Assembly: GCA_964304625.1 (NCBI GenBank)
Contig: OZ199839.1
Span: forward strand, 4,087,224 to 4,151,223
DNA from: Kudoa neothunni
Taxonomy: Eukaryota; Animalia; Cnidaria
Length of the DNA: 64,000 nt
Direction: 5' to 3'
Shown here: piece after piece, positions 1 through 11,732 of the stretch
Layout: each line of letters begins with the position of its first letter
Position numbering within the stretch: position 1 is the stretch's first letter
Notes under the pieces: generated by a model
The model's input: only the letters and a program-made list of their open reading frames with translations
Databases searched by the model: none
Told to the model about the DNA's origin: nothing
Made by a program: the position numbers and the translations under genes

Positions 1-3000
1 CATTTTCTGGATGATAATTCCCGAAGTTCGATCGCCTGAAAATAATTTAACCTGATTAGAACCTAACCTTGATAATATAATTGAAGAAAGATAAAACTAA
101 TTGAAGTTGTTGCCAATCAACTGAAGGTTGCCGACCTTTGTTATCGTAGAATTAAGAAAGATAAGTTTCACCAACAGAATGTAGTACAGTCGTTTATTTG
201 TCCTCAAATTGTTAAAAACTACAGTAATTCTACGTGATAATAAATTTTCGATTTGACTCGGTTTAAAATTATGGATATAATATGATCATTTCCCGAATAA
301 ACAAATTTTGTGATATATATGAAATTTTAGGTTCAATCCATCATTACTAAGCTTATTGTAGATGCTGAATGGATAGAATTTAAGTGTTTTAGTGGGTGGG
401 AAGCTCTTCGGATTTTATCACGACATTCTCTACTATCTTTTTATCACAATGATACAACTCAAGTTAGCCAATATGAGAACAGATTTAAAAATAAGCAGAA
501 AAATATTTTTGGACATGTATAAGATGTGTTGATGTTATAATAATGTTATAATGATAATACTTATTCCCATCAAAGCTATCATTATCTAATTGGATTAACT
601 CAAGCTGCTTTGCTTAGGGTGTGACATGGTTTACATTGATATATCTCGTATTAACGATAACAAGTATATCGCATCGTTTAATAGTATAGGTCTACTTTTA
701 CAGCTGCTTTAGTTGTAGAGATTAATATTTAGATAATAGGATCGATTAAAATCTCAATTATATCAACATCAAGTGGTGAGTTAGAGCAGCGGTTCTCAAA
801 GTATGTTCCATGAAACAGTGGTAAGGGTTCCACAAGGTAAAGTGAAAAGCGACGTTTTACCACAACATTAGAAATCGGTAAAGATCGCATCTTATGATGT
901 TAGTGGATTTTCACTGATAGCTAGAGTTAGTAACACTGGTGATAGCTGACTTTTATCGGTTAGCTAAGCACCAACGCACCTGCAGGGAGATGGTGCTGTT
1001 TTATTGTTAACACAATAATTTCTTCTATTCAACTAATTATGTGGATTATTTTTAAAACGCTGTAACGGAACGATGTTTTAAAAAAATAAGTACAACATCA
1101 TCTAAAGAAGATACCGAAATAGATGAACGTGAAAGTTGACTATCTGAAAGCAATAATTTTTTTGATAGTGTCAATTTGCACTCCATCTGTGCATGCGCGG
1201 AAGATTAAAGCATTACCTCTATATGTGTTTTTACTCTTATATTAGTCACTTCAAATAAATAATATTAGCTGCAAACGCCAAATAATATTTTTTAAATTGA
1301 CTTTTAAAAACGTGCTTCAATTATTATTTATCTTAAAAATTAAGGTCATATTTACTCGATAAAACAATTTTATGCCAACTTCCATGTATAATAAATTAAA
1401 AAATGGTTAGATAATAATTTCAAGAAAAACTCATGTGAATATATCTTTATGCGGTTTATTAGTTTTGAGCGTAATGAGTTCAGAAGGCAGCGATTTATTC
1501 AACAAACGATTCTGTTCATTTGATAATTAAAAAAATCCTATAAAAAATTTGATATATTCTGGAAGTGCCGACTCATTTTACTTCATTTGAACGAGTTATA
1601 TTCGACAAATCAAGTGTATTTTCAATATTTGGAAAAAAACTGGATTAATATTCAAAATATTTGGGCTCATGTTCATTGTCTCGATGCACTGACATTTGGT
1701 TCTAATACAAATAATAGGATTGAACAAAAGCATGACAAGATAAAGAATTTATGTCAAAATCATCGTTAATTCATCAAGTCAATTCAATACTCAATTACTG
1801 CAAGCCCATCCATTGTGATGATTAATAAAAAATGATCTGATTCTCATGAAGAACAAAATTGTTGATGATGATATTTTGGTAATTATAAATCGTTTGTCCA
1901 ATTTTTCCGCTGATAAAATTCAATCAGAGACTTAAAATCTGAAATTATAATCAATTTGGAACTTAAAAAACATGTTCTTTTTTCACATTATTTCTTGTTC
2001 AACAATGATTACGTTTCAAGATAATATATACAAGTTTGATTGTACATTTTTTCAACAATATTCTCTCTCATGAAAACATTTAATTGCAAAGGTAAAATCT
2101 TTAATTTTGACTTCTGATTCTATGTGCATTGGAAGATGGTTTATACAAACAATTATAAACTTCCCCGATAATGATTCACAAAATATCGGCTTGATTGTTT
2201 TACCAATCAATAAACATTTAAAATCAAAGTTTAAAAACAACAAAAAATTGTTTTGAAATATTGGATCAATTAAATACACTTGGTAGTAGTCAATACAACG
2301 AATTTTACAAGAGCCTAAAAAACTTAAAAGATCAGTGCGAGAATAAAACCACATTTTCCATAAATCAATCAAATGAAAAAATTCCAACTCGTATGATTTC
2401 AATTTTCGTTCCATTCAAATAAAAGGAAGACTAAAACAATTAAAAACTGTGTTGATAACAAAGAAGTAGAAAAAATATTATTTATCGTTTTTTGTTATTA
2501 GTGATTTTCCGCGACAACTAATATAAGAGAAAAAGTACATATAGAGATAATGCTTTAATCCTCCGCGCATGCACCGAGGGAGTGCAAATAGACGCCATCA
2601 ATTCTAAAATCACAAAATATATTCCAATTTATTACGTTTATTAAATCGTTTTCTTTATTATAGTATGTATTTACTATATACTATTCTCCTTTCAATAAAT
2701 GTGTTAGAAATAAAATATTTTTGTTGTTATAATAAGTATTTATCTATAGGTTTCGTTCCACAATCTTAATTTGCTTAACCCTTTCGTTCCCAATGTCCCA
2801 TCGGTGAGACAAACAATTTAAACATTAATTACGATTTCAGTTTACCATTATCATACTTTAAATGTGAATAATTAATCTCTACTTGTTGATATTAATATTA
2901 TATTTACACCACTAATTAAATAATCAAATAATATTTATTATAATAAGCATTTAAATCATCGCCGTCCATTAAAGCAATGAAACGAAAAGTGATTGATTAA

Positions 3001-3324
3001 TATACCATGAATATGGTGTAATAAATAAACGATAACTTTTTTTAATAATATATAAATAAATGACAAATTAATAATAAATCATATAAACTTCACGTGGGTC
3101 ATATAAGGGACAATGGGGTTTCGAGGAACGCCGAAGATTGGGGTAATGGATCATGACCAAGTTTTCGAAAATGATGATGAGGAAGAAACCTTGACTGAGG
3201 TCGTTGTTTTCCAGATGCAGATATTTCGGAACCAGACATTATTTGTGACATCGAAGATGCGTCTTTTTTGGAAACTATTACTCATGACGAAAATTATGAC
3301 CAAACTCAAAATTCTGAGAGTTCC

Positions 3325-3357
<33 letters not shown>

Positions 3358-6300
3358 ATGCAACCAGACTTCAATTTTCCAAAAGATTTTGTTCCACCAA
3401 ATATAGAAAATGGATTAGAGATATCTACCACAAATTTTGATGAGTTGAAAGATCGGGTTATAACGATAGACTACTTTAAATTCTATTTTGGCAACGATCT
3501 CTTCGAAAATATTGTCTTAGAATCAAATATATATGCCGTTCAGCGAAATTCCGGTTTCAAAACCGATATTGAAGAAATTCAAAAATACATTGGTGTCTTG
3601 ATTATCATGGACATAGTTAAAATGCTCAGCTATAGATGTTACTGGGCCAAACTCCTGCAATATCCCCTTGCTACTGAATGTGTCTGGAGAAATCGCTTCA
3701 GGCAATATCGAAATAATTACACTTCGTATATGATACTAACATTGTAACCGACCTAAACTCTCCCAAATGACAAAATTGCAAAAATTCGCCCTTTACTAAA
3801 TTCGATCAGAGAAACCTGCCTGAAAGTAGAATACGAGAGGAATAATTCTATAGATGAGAAAATTATTCCTTTTAAAGGAAAATGCAAGGCTAAGCAGTAT
3901 ATTCCGAAAACCGACAAAATGAGATTTCAGAATGTTTGCCAGATGTGGTATTAGTGGATTGGTACAGTGGGTGACGGCTAATTCGCACTTTTATTTAACG
4001 TATGCGCAAAAGATTTTGGTCGATTTTATAAGAAATGTGATATTATCCTATTCTTTTAAAATAAAATTTGTTATTTTCGTTTGCTTAAATCCTTTTTTTG
4101 GATTAGAAACATTTCCTCCTCTAGTTTGTGAAGATAATCCAAAATATTTGATCCATTCTAAATGAAATCTCCCTTTAAATAATCAGAGCATTCCAGCGTT
4201 TCTTTCGTGGTATATGACTCTTCTTTGTATGTTTCAGGTTCGCAATCAGACTGTTCTTCTACATTCATGGTTACGCCGCTGTTTCAATGGTTGTCCTCAA
4301 ATTCACAGACTTGAACGAGTTCTTCTTTATCTTGGCATTGTATTATCTTTGGATTGTCGATTCCATCTAAATTTCATGGTTTTCAAGTCCGTCGATGTAT
4401 AATTATTAAGTTTGTAAAAAATAGTAATAAGGATCTTCGTTATCATCGAATCTAAATCCAGCTTTCTTGAAACAATTGGATATGGTTTGGATCGTTATGT
4501 GTTCCCACGATTTTTTTACAAGTACCAACGCATCTAATAAATCAACTGATTTAAGTTCGACATCATTCTCAACTAAAAATGTAGATCTATTTATTAGATA
4601 TCTTCTATAAACAGCTTTAAATGAATTAGTAATCCCTTGAGCCACAGGTTGTAGAACACTAGTTGTGTTTTTAGGGAAAAATATAATTCATTATTTGATA
4701 ATTGTAATGGTGAATGGCAACTCGCATTATCAAGAAATAGCACAATTTTTTTGTTCTCCTTGAAATTAGCATTTAATTTAACTAAATATTTTTTAAATAT
4801 CTCCGAGGTCATCCATGCTTTCTTATTGGAGAAGTAAGGGACTGGAGTATCTTTCAAATTTTGAAAACACCTTGGTTTTTCATGATGACCAATCATTAAT
4901 GGTTCCATTTTTTCGCCTAATAGTGATGCTCCAAATAAAAGCGTAACTTTTTTTTGATCGCTTTGAGCATTTTGCATTTACTTCAGTAGATAGAACATAA
5001 TTTCTTCCTAAATCAGGTTACCATAAATACTTTCGAGTGAATATAATGTATTGTAAAATAGTTCATAAAAAATTCCAATCGGTATTTGTCGTTGATTGAC
5101 ATAAATTAAATGTTGATATAATTATTTTTTTTACGACATGTAACAAATTAATGATGATTTTTGTCGTTGTTGTATAGCTTATATATCTTACTGGGATGTT
5201 GCTGACAGAATAGAGCTGTTTCATCAAGGTTTTACACTTGTTCAGCTTTATAATTTTTCAATATATTTTTTAATTGAAGTTTCCAATCATCGACAGTTTC
5301 CATGTTTACCATGTTTGCCTCACCATGAAAATTTAGTCGTCGTAAATTAAATCTTTCTTCGAATCCGCGAAACCAACCATAGCTCATACCTTCCGCTTCT
5401 TTATTAATGTTTTATGCAAATTCATTTCGTTTCGAAATAATTTCCAATGACGAAATTCCCAATTTTGTAGACCTCATCCATATTAACCGCTCAAAAACTT
5501 GTTGATCAATTTCATCATTTGAATCATTTTTCAAGGTTTTACCATTTCCTTTGACTATTTCGGTCTCAGCGGAGCTCTTTATTTTAGCGTTTTTTGGAGG
5601 CTGAGTTTCGAAGTATCTAATAATATTATATTTTTCGGTAAGTGCCATCCATTTATGCTTTCTTTGTTCACCCATATTTCCGTATTAAATGATACCCGGC
5701 GCGCGTTTTGCATCCCTGCTCCACGGAAATTAGTGCGAATTATCCATCCATGGGTTTAACTCATAAAATTTTCTTATATTTAATAGGACGAAACATTTTT
5801 AAGTTGTATAATGCCGTAATTAATAATTCTACTCATATATATATATATATATATATATAATGATAAAAATCTCAAGGTTTATTTATTTTGGCGACAATGA
5901 AAAAAGTGCGAATTAGCCGTCACCCACTGTATACGATTTTCCACCTCTATGATGGAAATAAACCAAATGTGCGTAGAAGTTGTGGACTTACATCTGGTGA
6001 TTTTGTTATTAAGCTTTGTGAAAGTTTGCCTTACGACAGTAAACCATTATGTTTATTTTGACAGTTGGTTTACTTCTATTCCACTCCAAATTTTTCTAAA
6101 GAAAAGAAATATTTTTTCATTTGGAACGATGCGCTCACATAGAGTGAAAAGATCTTCATTGATGATCGACAAAGAACTCAAGAAATTAGGACGCGGCTCA
6201 TATGATTATGTCGGAGATCCTAAAAACGGGTATATATCTTACACGTTGGTTTGATAGCTCTGTTGTCACTCTCTCTTCTACCCACTCCCCAATTGAGCCT

Positions 6301-7563
6301 GTTTCAGTTACAAGGGGATTTGACCGACCCAAGAAAAGAATAATGGAGGTAATTTGTCCAGCAGTTGTCAACGAATATAATAAAAACATGGAGAGGTTGA
6401 CCTCTCTGACATGTTGATGTCGCTTTATGTTATGTAACACAAATGCAGGAAATATTATCATCAATTTTTCTTCTGGTTCTTGAACACATCAATAATCAAT
6501 TCTTGGACATTATACCGACGAAATTTAGCTGTTAGAAATGTACCGAATAAGAATATTTTAGATTTATTAGATTTTTCATCAAGTATAAGTGAAACTCTTA
6601 TATTTTACAAAAAAAAGGGGAAGACCATCTAAACCCTCCTTGAAACCGAAGATTATGATTTCAGTACAAAAAAAGTGCAGGTTATCGGCCAAGTCAGGTT
6701 TGATAACGTAGGTCACTATCCTGAGATACGTATCGACAGGACTAGGTGTCGCGTTTGTCAAATGGAAACTAGATTATGTTGTATGAAATGCAACTCATAC
6801 TGTTGTTTAACCGCGGAGAAAAATTGTTTTTTTTCAACATCATACAGAAAAAAAGTGTATAATTATTTAAATCCATAAATATGTGTGTTCGTGCGCACGC
6901 ACATCCACATTATGACTTCTTTATATTCCCATTGTCCCATATATAGATCAGTTGAAAAATTAAGCATAAATTCCAACAAAATATTTCGGTTTGCTCAAAA
7001 ATAATTAGAATTGAAAAAACAAACACAGTTAATATAGAATAATAATTTTCAAAACGAAAAAAAATTGGGAGCGAAAGGGTTAATTTAGATAAGAGTTCCA
7101 TTATATTACAAATAATATAAACGGGCTAAAAAAGTATGAGAACCAGTAAGTTAGAGTGATCTCATCGGTATCACAAATTTAGTGTTAATCCGCATTAAAC
7201 AAACAATGAGGGGTTATTTTTATTATAAACTAAACCAACAATTATTTGACATTTTCTACGAAAATTAACATATCTGTTTGTTATAATATGTCGATCAGAA
7301 TACATATGTAACATCTTAAACATTCCATGTATCACTCATTACAATTACGATCGTTATATTTGATTTTTTCTATTGGAAATTATCTGCATTCGTATAATTA
7401 ATAGTAATAAATAAAAATAAACTAATCAAATTAATTACTTAAAAATTAAGAAATCTACCAATAATCACACTTTCGGATCACAGTTTTATCAGTTGATCAA
7501 ATAGATGATTATTTACGAGTTAATTATATGTTGGAATTATGCTCTCTTGCAAACAAACAATGA
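1..7563 (+). CDS. 3' part of an unidentified multi-exon gene; its intron 776-7182 holds a transposon stack
   Basis: Protein-like exons bounded by GT/AG: KLIEVVANQLKVADLCYRRIKKDKFHQQN (~95-180), VQSIITKLIVDAEWIEFKCFSGWEALRILSRHSLLSFY (331-516), GSIKISIISTSS|VLIRIKQTMR across donor GTGAGT (776) and acceptor TTTAG (7182), last exon LSVDQIDDYLRVNYMLELCSLANKQ* (~7483-7563). Exon phases not fully resolved and no family recognised. Confidence 0.4.
1164..2599 (+). mobile_element. Degenerate MULE (Mutator-like) element
   Basis: About 85-bp imperfect TIRs (GATAGTGTCAATTTGCACTCC..GCATGCGCGG / CCGCGCATGC..GGAGTGCAAATAGACGCCATC). ORF 1587-1769 YLEKNW..W...TNNRIEQKHDKIK matches the MULE transposase TNNRxE motif. 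TSD not resolved. Confidence 0.8.
3325..3357. repeat. (GAT)n microsatellite encoding poly-Asp in the piggyBac transposase N-terminus
   Basis: Tandem GAT run that reads as a poly-D tract in ORF 3268-3747. Confidence 0.9.
3965..5929 (-). mobile_element. pogo/Tigger (Tc1-mariner superfamily) element with fragmented transposase
   Basis: Perfect 28-bp TIR CAGTGGGTGACGGCTAATTCGCACTTTT with TA TSD. Minus-strand fragments: N-terminal HTH region (5675-5412), KPRCF..KKAWMT..VLFLDNASCH, and QGITNSFKAVYRR..TISNCFKKAGF. Confidence 0.95.
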
Positions 7564-7716
7564 TGACCTTACCCATTATCTCTCAATTTTCATCCACAAT
7601 GTTTCTATTATAATCATTTGAGATGTCTATGAAATATTCATTAATTGTTCAAAGTAAGGATTTTGTTCGAAACCACATTCAAAACAAATAATATTTTTGG
7701 CGCTAAAAATAATGGG

Positions 7717-8984
7717 ATGATGAGACTGGTTTTATGGTTACCGTTATTGCTATGGCTATCGATTGATTACACACTGACTAAAACCTCTGTCGACTTAATT
7801 GGGACGTCATTCAATTATTTTAACAGAAAAAGATGTGATATGTCCCTTACTAAACACTGCTACGGTAATTTATGTATATGAGAATATTCTGCAACTAATA
7901 ATTCATTCATTAGGTCTTAATTTTAATTCAAAACATCTGCATCGATTTGGTTCTATATTTAAGAGATTTTTACCCGAAATAGATGTGTACCTGGAATGCG
8001 AGGGACCAAATCCTTACATTGAAGTCTACCTCAATGATGATCTCACATTTTCGTCACAAATCAATTTTCAAAATGGTCTAACCGTTACCAACGGTGTAGC
8101 GAAACAATATTGGACCAAATTGTACAATCATTTAAATATAACAGTAATAACAATTGTGTGGGTTGTTGATTGGAGTCGTATTGTATTCAAGGAAAAATCT
8201 TCCGGTTATTCTATGGAAACATTGCTATCGAATTTGGAAGTCACCTTGGGGAGTTATGCCTATTTGTCAACCACCTTATGTGACCGTAATTATTTATTTT
8301 AATTTTAATTTGTTAACAGTATTTGTAGATTTTAATAAATCTGATAATTACTTCTCAAAATGGCCCGCTAAACAACATCAAACAGAACAATTTGAGCATC
8401 GAATTTGTATCTCATTGTTAGAAACAACGAAATTCGATAAACTCATTTAGTGTACTATGTTTCTATGTATGGAAAACAGACAGGATACCTGAAAGATTTC
8501 AGAAAGGTGGTGATAGAATGCATCGGTGGAGACGGTCCTCGTAATCCTCACCACAACAACCCAAGTATTCCATAAAAATTAGATATCTTTTCGAAACCTA
8601 ATCATACTATTGGGGATTTTTAGTATACGACTTTTCGACCGATGAGTACTATGAATATATGCCATTGTTATTTATTCAGAATTTCTTTGTATTCACTCTA
8701 TCTCCGACTATGCCGCAACTCTGCTCCAACCAAACAAAATATTGTATGTGGGGTTGTTTTTCAATTGAGCTTTAATACGAAACAAACATTTAGATGCAAG
8801 ATTGTATAGAAACTCCCTCTCTTCTACTGTCTATCGATATGTGTTTTCTATTGGAATGCTGATCATATTAAGTGTCATTGCGGTTGTGTTGGCCAAGACC
8901 TACCATAAAGAAAAATCTTCTCATGATTATGCCGGGACACTCACCATGAAATCCTATCAAAAACTTGTTGAAAACGATAAATGA
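7717..8984 (+). CDS. Orphan type-I membrane protein (multi-exon)
   Basis: Signal peptide MMRLVLWLPLLLWLSIDYTLT, short GT-AG introns (e.g. 7865-7913), ectodomain exon in ORF 7799-8302, C-terminal TM VFSIGMLIILSVIAVVLA and a tail containing YQKL. Middle exons are ambiguous. Confidence 0.65.
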
Positions 8985-9152
8985 TAAAGTTCGCGCTGTA
9001 TGAGCTACATTAAGTTACGTTATACTCGTTAAACCTTTTATCATGTCCACGATTTACAGAAATTATTTGCACATTTATCATTCATGCAATTTATGCGCAA
9101 TAATGAGCCATTTTAATGGTAAAAATTTCAAAAACTACAATTCAATCAATTA

Positions 9153-10332
9153 TTAAAGCAATTTCTTGTTGGTTTGTTCAAGGCGATGAGTAGCCTTTTG
9201 CAAAATTTCAGTATTAGTGATAGAATCCTCTCTATCTTGCATCTTAAACCTTTCTATCTTGGTACACACCTAAGGTTAAATCAAAATAACTGCTTCAATT
9301 TGAAATAAAATAAAAACACATCTGTTAATGTCTTCAACGTGGTAATGGAATTTTTATTGACACACATGGCAAAACATAAATATTTTCGAGCCATCAACAG
9401 AGTTTTCAAACTATCCTTCATCATTAACGCAATCTACAACAAAAGCATATCACGTTATCACATTAATTGAGATAATGAATAAGTTCAAACTTACTTGAGC
9501 ATATTTTTCCAGAAATGCTATCTGATTTGGAGCTAACAAGATAAGCTCTTCAACGCAAAATTTAGCTTTCTCATACCTAAAAATTTTAATTTAGAACAGC
9601 CACATAAAATAAACGAACATCTTCTGATTCAAGTAAAGATCAGTCAACTCCATCCATGCAGTTTGATCGTTCATATGTCTATAAGCAAACATTGAACATT
9701 TACTGACCGACTTGATTAACAACACACATTTTTAAATATGAAACTAATAAAGGTATTGCTTCCGAATCCCCTTTAACCAACTTTGTCACAGTGATAATGC
9801 GTTTCAAAGCCAACTAAAAACATTTTTTCATATTCAAGAAATGAGAAAGATGTAAGAAAAATACCGGATGAGGATGAGATTCCGTGATCTGTTCATAGAT
9901 ATGTAAGGCATCATCGTATCTAAATTAAGGGATGGATGCTAAACTTGACTGGATTAGTTGAAAACTGTAGGTACCTTCCCATCCTTTCTAATGCCATCCC
10001 AAAAAGTACATTCACGCGATCACTCTCTGGAAATGTGGATTTTAACTTGTCTAAATATTTCTACAAAAAATTAAACAAATAATATTTTTTGACAACTTTT
10101 GCAGATTTTTCGTCACCCAAAAATACGCTTGAAATAACCAACTGTTCGTACACATTGTATACTTGAAACGATAATTAATCCAATTACTACATTTTTAGAG
10201 TAAATTACCATCATAGCCTAATTTAAAATCGTTTTCCTGCAACAATTCCAAGGATTTGCTATGAATTTTCTCAAAATTACAACTATTATTTTCGATATAT
10301 TGACTAAATTCCTTGTAAGAAAGTGCACCCAT
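9153..10332 (-). CDS. EMC2: ER membrane protein complex subunit 2 (TPR protein), multi-exon
   Basis: Spliced peptides KYLDKLKSTFPESDRVNVLFGMALERMGRYDDALHIYEQI, MNDQTAWMELTDLYLNQK and YEKAKFCVEELILLAP align with EMC2 motifs (FPGSHRV..RYDDA, DQEAWHELAELY, YAKAAFCLEEL). Confidence 0.9.
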
Positions 10333-11341
10333 GGCCCTCAAAGTCAATTGATCGCTTAACGAACTTTGCCGAAAATTCGAATAATTAAAAGTCGATATTT
10401 ATCAAATTCTGCAAAACGCGTAATTTTGGAATTGATATAAGAATATAAATAAATTTATTTATTTGCGAAAATTCGACAGGCCAAGAGTCACCCGAAGAGG
10501 TTTTGTAATTATTGTGTCCGCGTTTAATAGAATTATTTGAATAAAAGCTCGATATAATATAGCTGCATAAGCTCTAAGAATTACTATATGATACAAAACC
10601 TTAACGTAATCTTGATACAAACGCTTGCGCATTATATTATTATTTTTAAAATGAGGTATGTATTATGAAGTATTTTTAAATAACTTGGCAGCATTTGCAC
10701 ATAACAGTCTGCAGGGAATTGTAAGGCTTTAAATTTTTTAATGGTAGAGACGTTTCTAAGGACATGGATGAGGATCTTTATTTGAGCTGTAAGAATAAAA
10801 TCACTCTTGACACTAAAATCTGTATCTCCTTTACATTTTAATGCCTTTTTGTTCATTTAATCTTGATAAAAAATTTATCATTTAAGATATTTAGAATTCT
10901 TTTATTTCAAACATCATCGTGTTTCCTCGAATACATGGTAGGTATTAGATTTTTTTGGTTTAATAAGAAGCATTAGGTCTAATTTTTTGGGTAAGTCTCA
11001 TATTTGTAACAAATAGAACCTCCTAAATATTGTTTAGCTCACATAACAGAATTAAAAGAATAGGTTTTTAATGGACAAAACATTATTTATATTGAAAGAA
11101 ATACGACGCGGAGCATATAATTTGACGATTAAGTTTATTTCTTATTTAAAAATGAAGATAAATGCCAAAATTTATATGATTAATAAGAATTTTACCTTAA
11201 CGATTTTTATTATTATTAACTATCTAATAAAATTGAATTGTTAGAAATACTTTGTAATATAATTCAGAATATCCATATTTTAGATATTTTATTAGGTCTT
11301 ATTTTTAAGGTGGTGTTATAACAAAAACTAGATCGAAAATA

Positions 11342-11701
11342 CAGTCGAGATTGGATATTGTGTAATTTAAGGTTTTCATTATGAATATAAATACGTTGGA
11401 AATTAATTTTAAATGATTACCATTATTTCATTTAGCAGATTAGTAATTCACAATAAAAATAAAAGTAAAATTTTTTCTGTGTCCCCGACTTAGTAATGCG
11501 TAAAACGTTTTTATTGCGTAACGAAAAAGTCAATATTACTCGATATTACGTAAATTTACCTTAAATATACGAAGGAAACTGTGATATTTTCGAGAAAATT
11601 AGAATAATACGGTGTTTAACCTCAATAAAAACAATCAAAGATGCCATAAAAATGACGGTTGAAAAATTTACCCTTAATGTTGTAGTTATTTTTGTTATAT
11701 C

Positions 11702-11732
<31 letters not shown>

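Larger units (their letters stand above)
2779..7079 (+). mobile_element. piggyBac element with pseudogenised transposase, interrupted by a pogo/Tigger element
   Basis: TTAA TSDs at 2775 and 7080, TIR CCCTTTCGTTCCCAAT / ATTGGGAGCGAAAGGG. Transposase fragments: acidic N-terminus, SIDEKIIPFKG, VYFDSWFTSIPL, GTMRSHR, and C-terminal Cys-rich domain RCRVC...CMKCNSYCC. Several frameshifts and stops. Confidence 0.93.
787..7148 (+). mobile_element. Non-autonomous hAT (Buster-type) element, outer shell of a nested stack
   Basis: Left TIR CAGCGGTTCTCAAA, degenerate right TIR TATGAGAACCAGTA, identical 8-bp TSD AGTTAGAG at 779-786 and 7149-7156 (nnnTAnnn Buster pattern). Confidence 0.8.

Noticed and set aside
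2052-2414. 120-aa minus-strand ORF
   Set aside because: Antisense to decayed MULE sequence, with no recognisable motif.
3113-3406. Poly-Met and poly-Ile ORFs
   Set aside because: Alternative frames of the (GAT)n poly-Asp tract of the piggyBac transposase.
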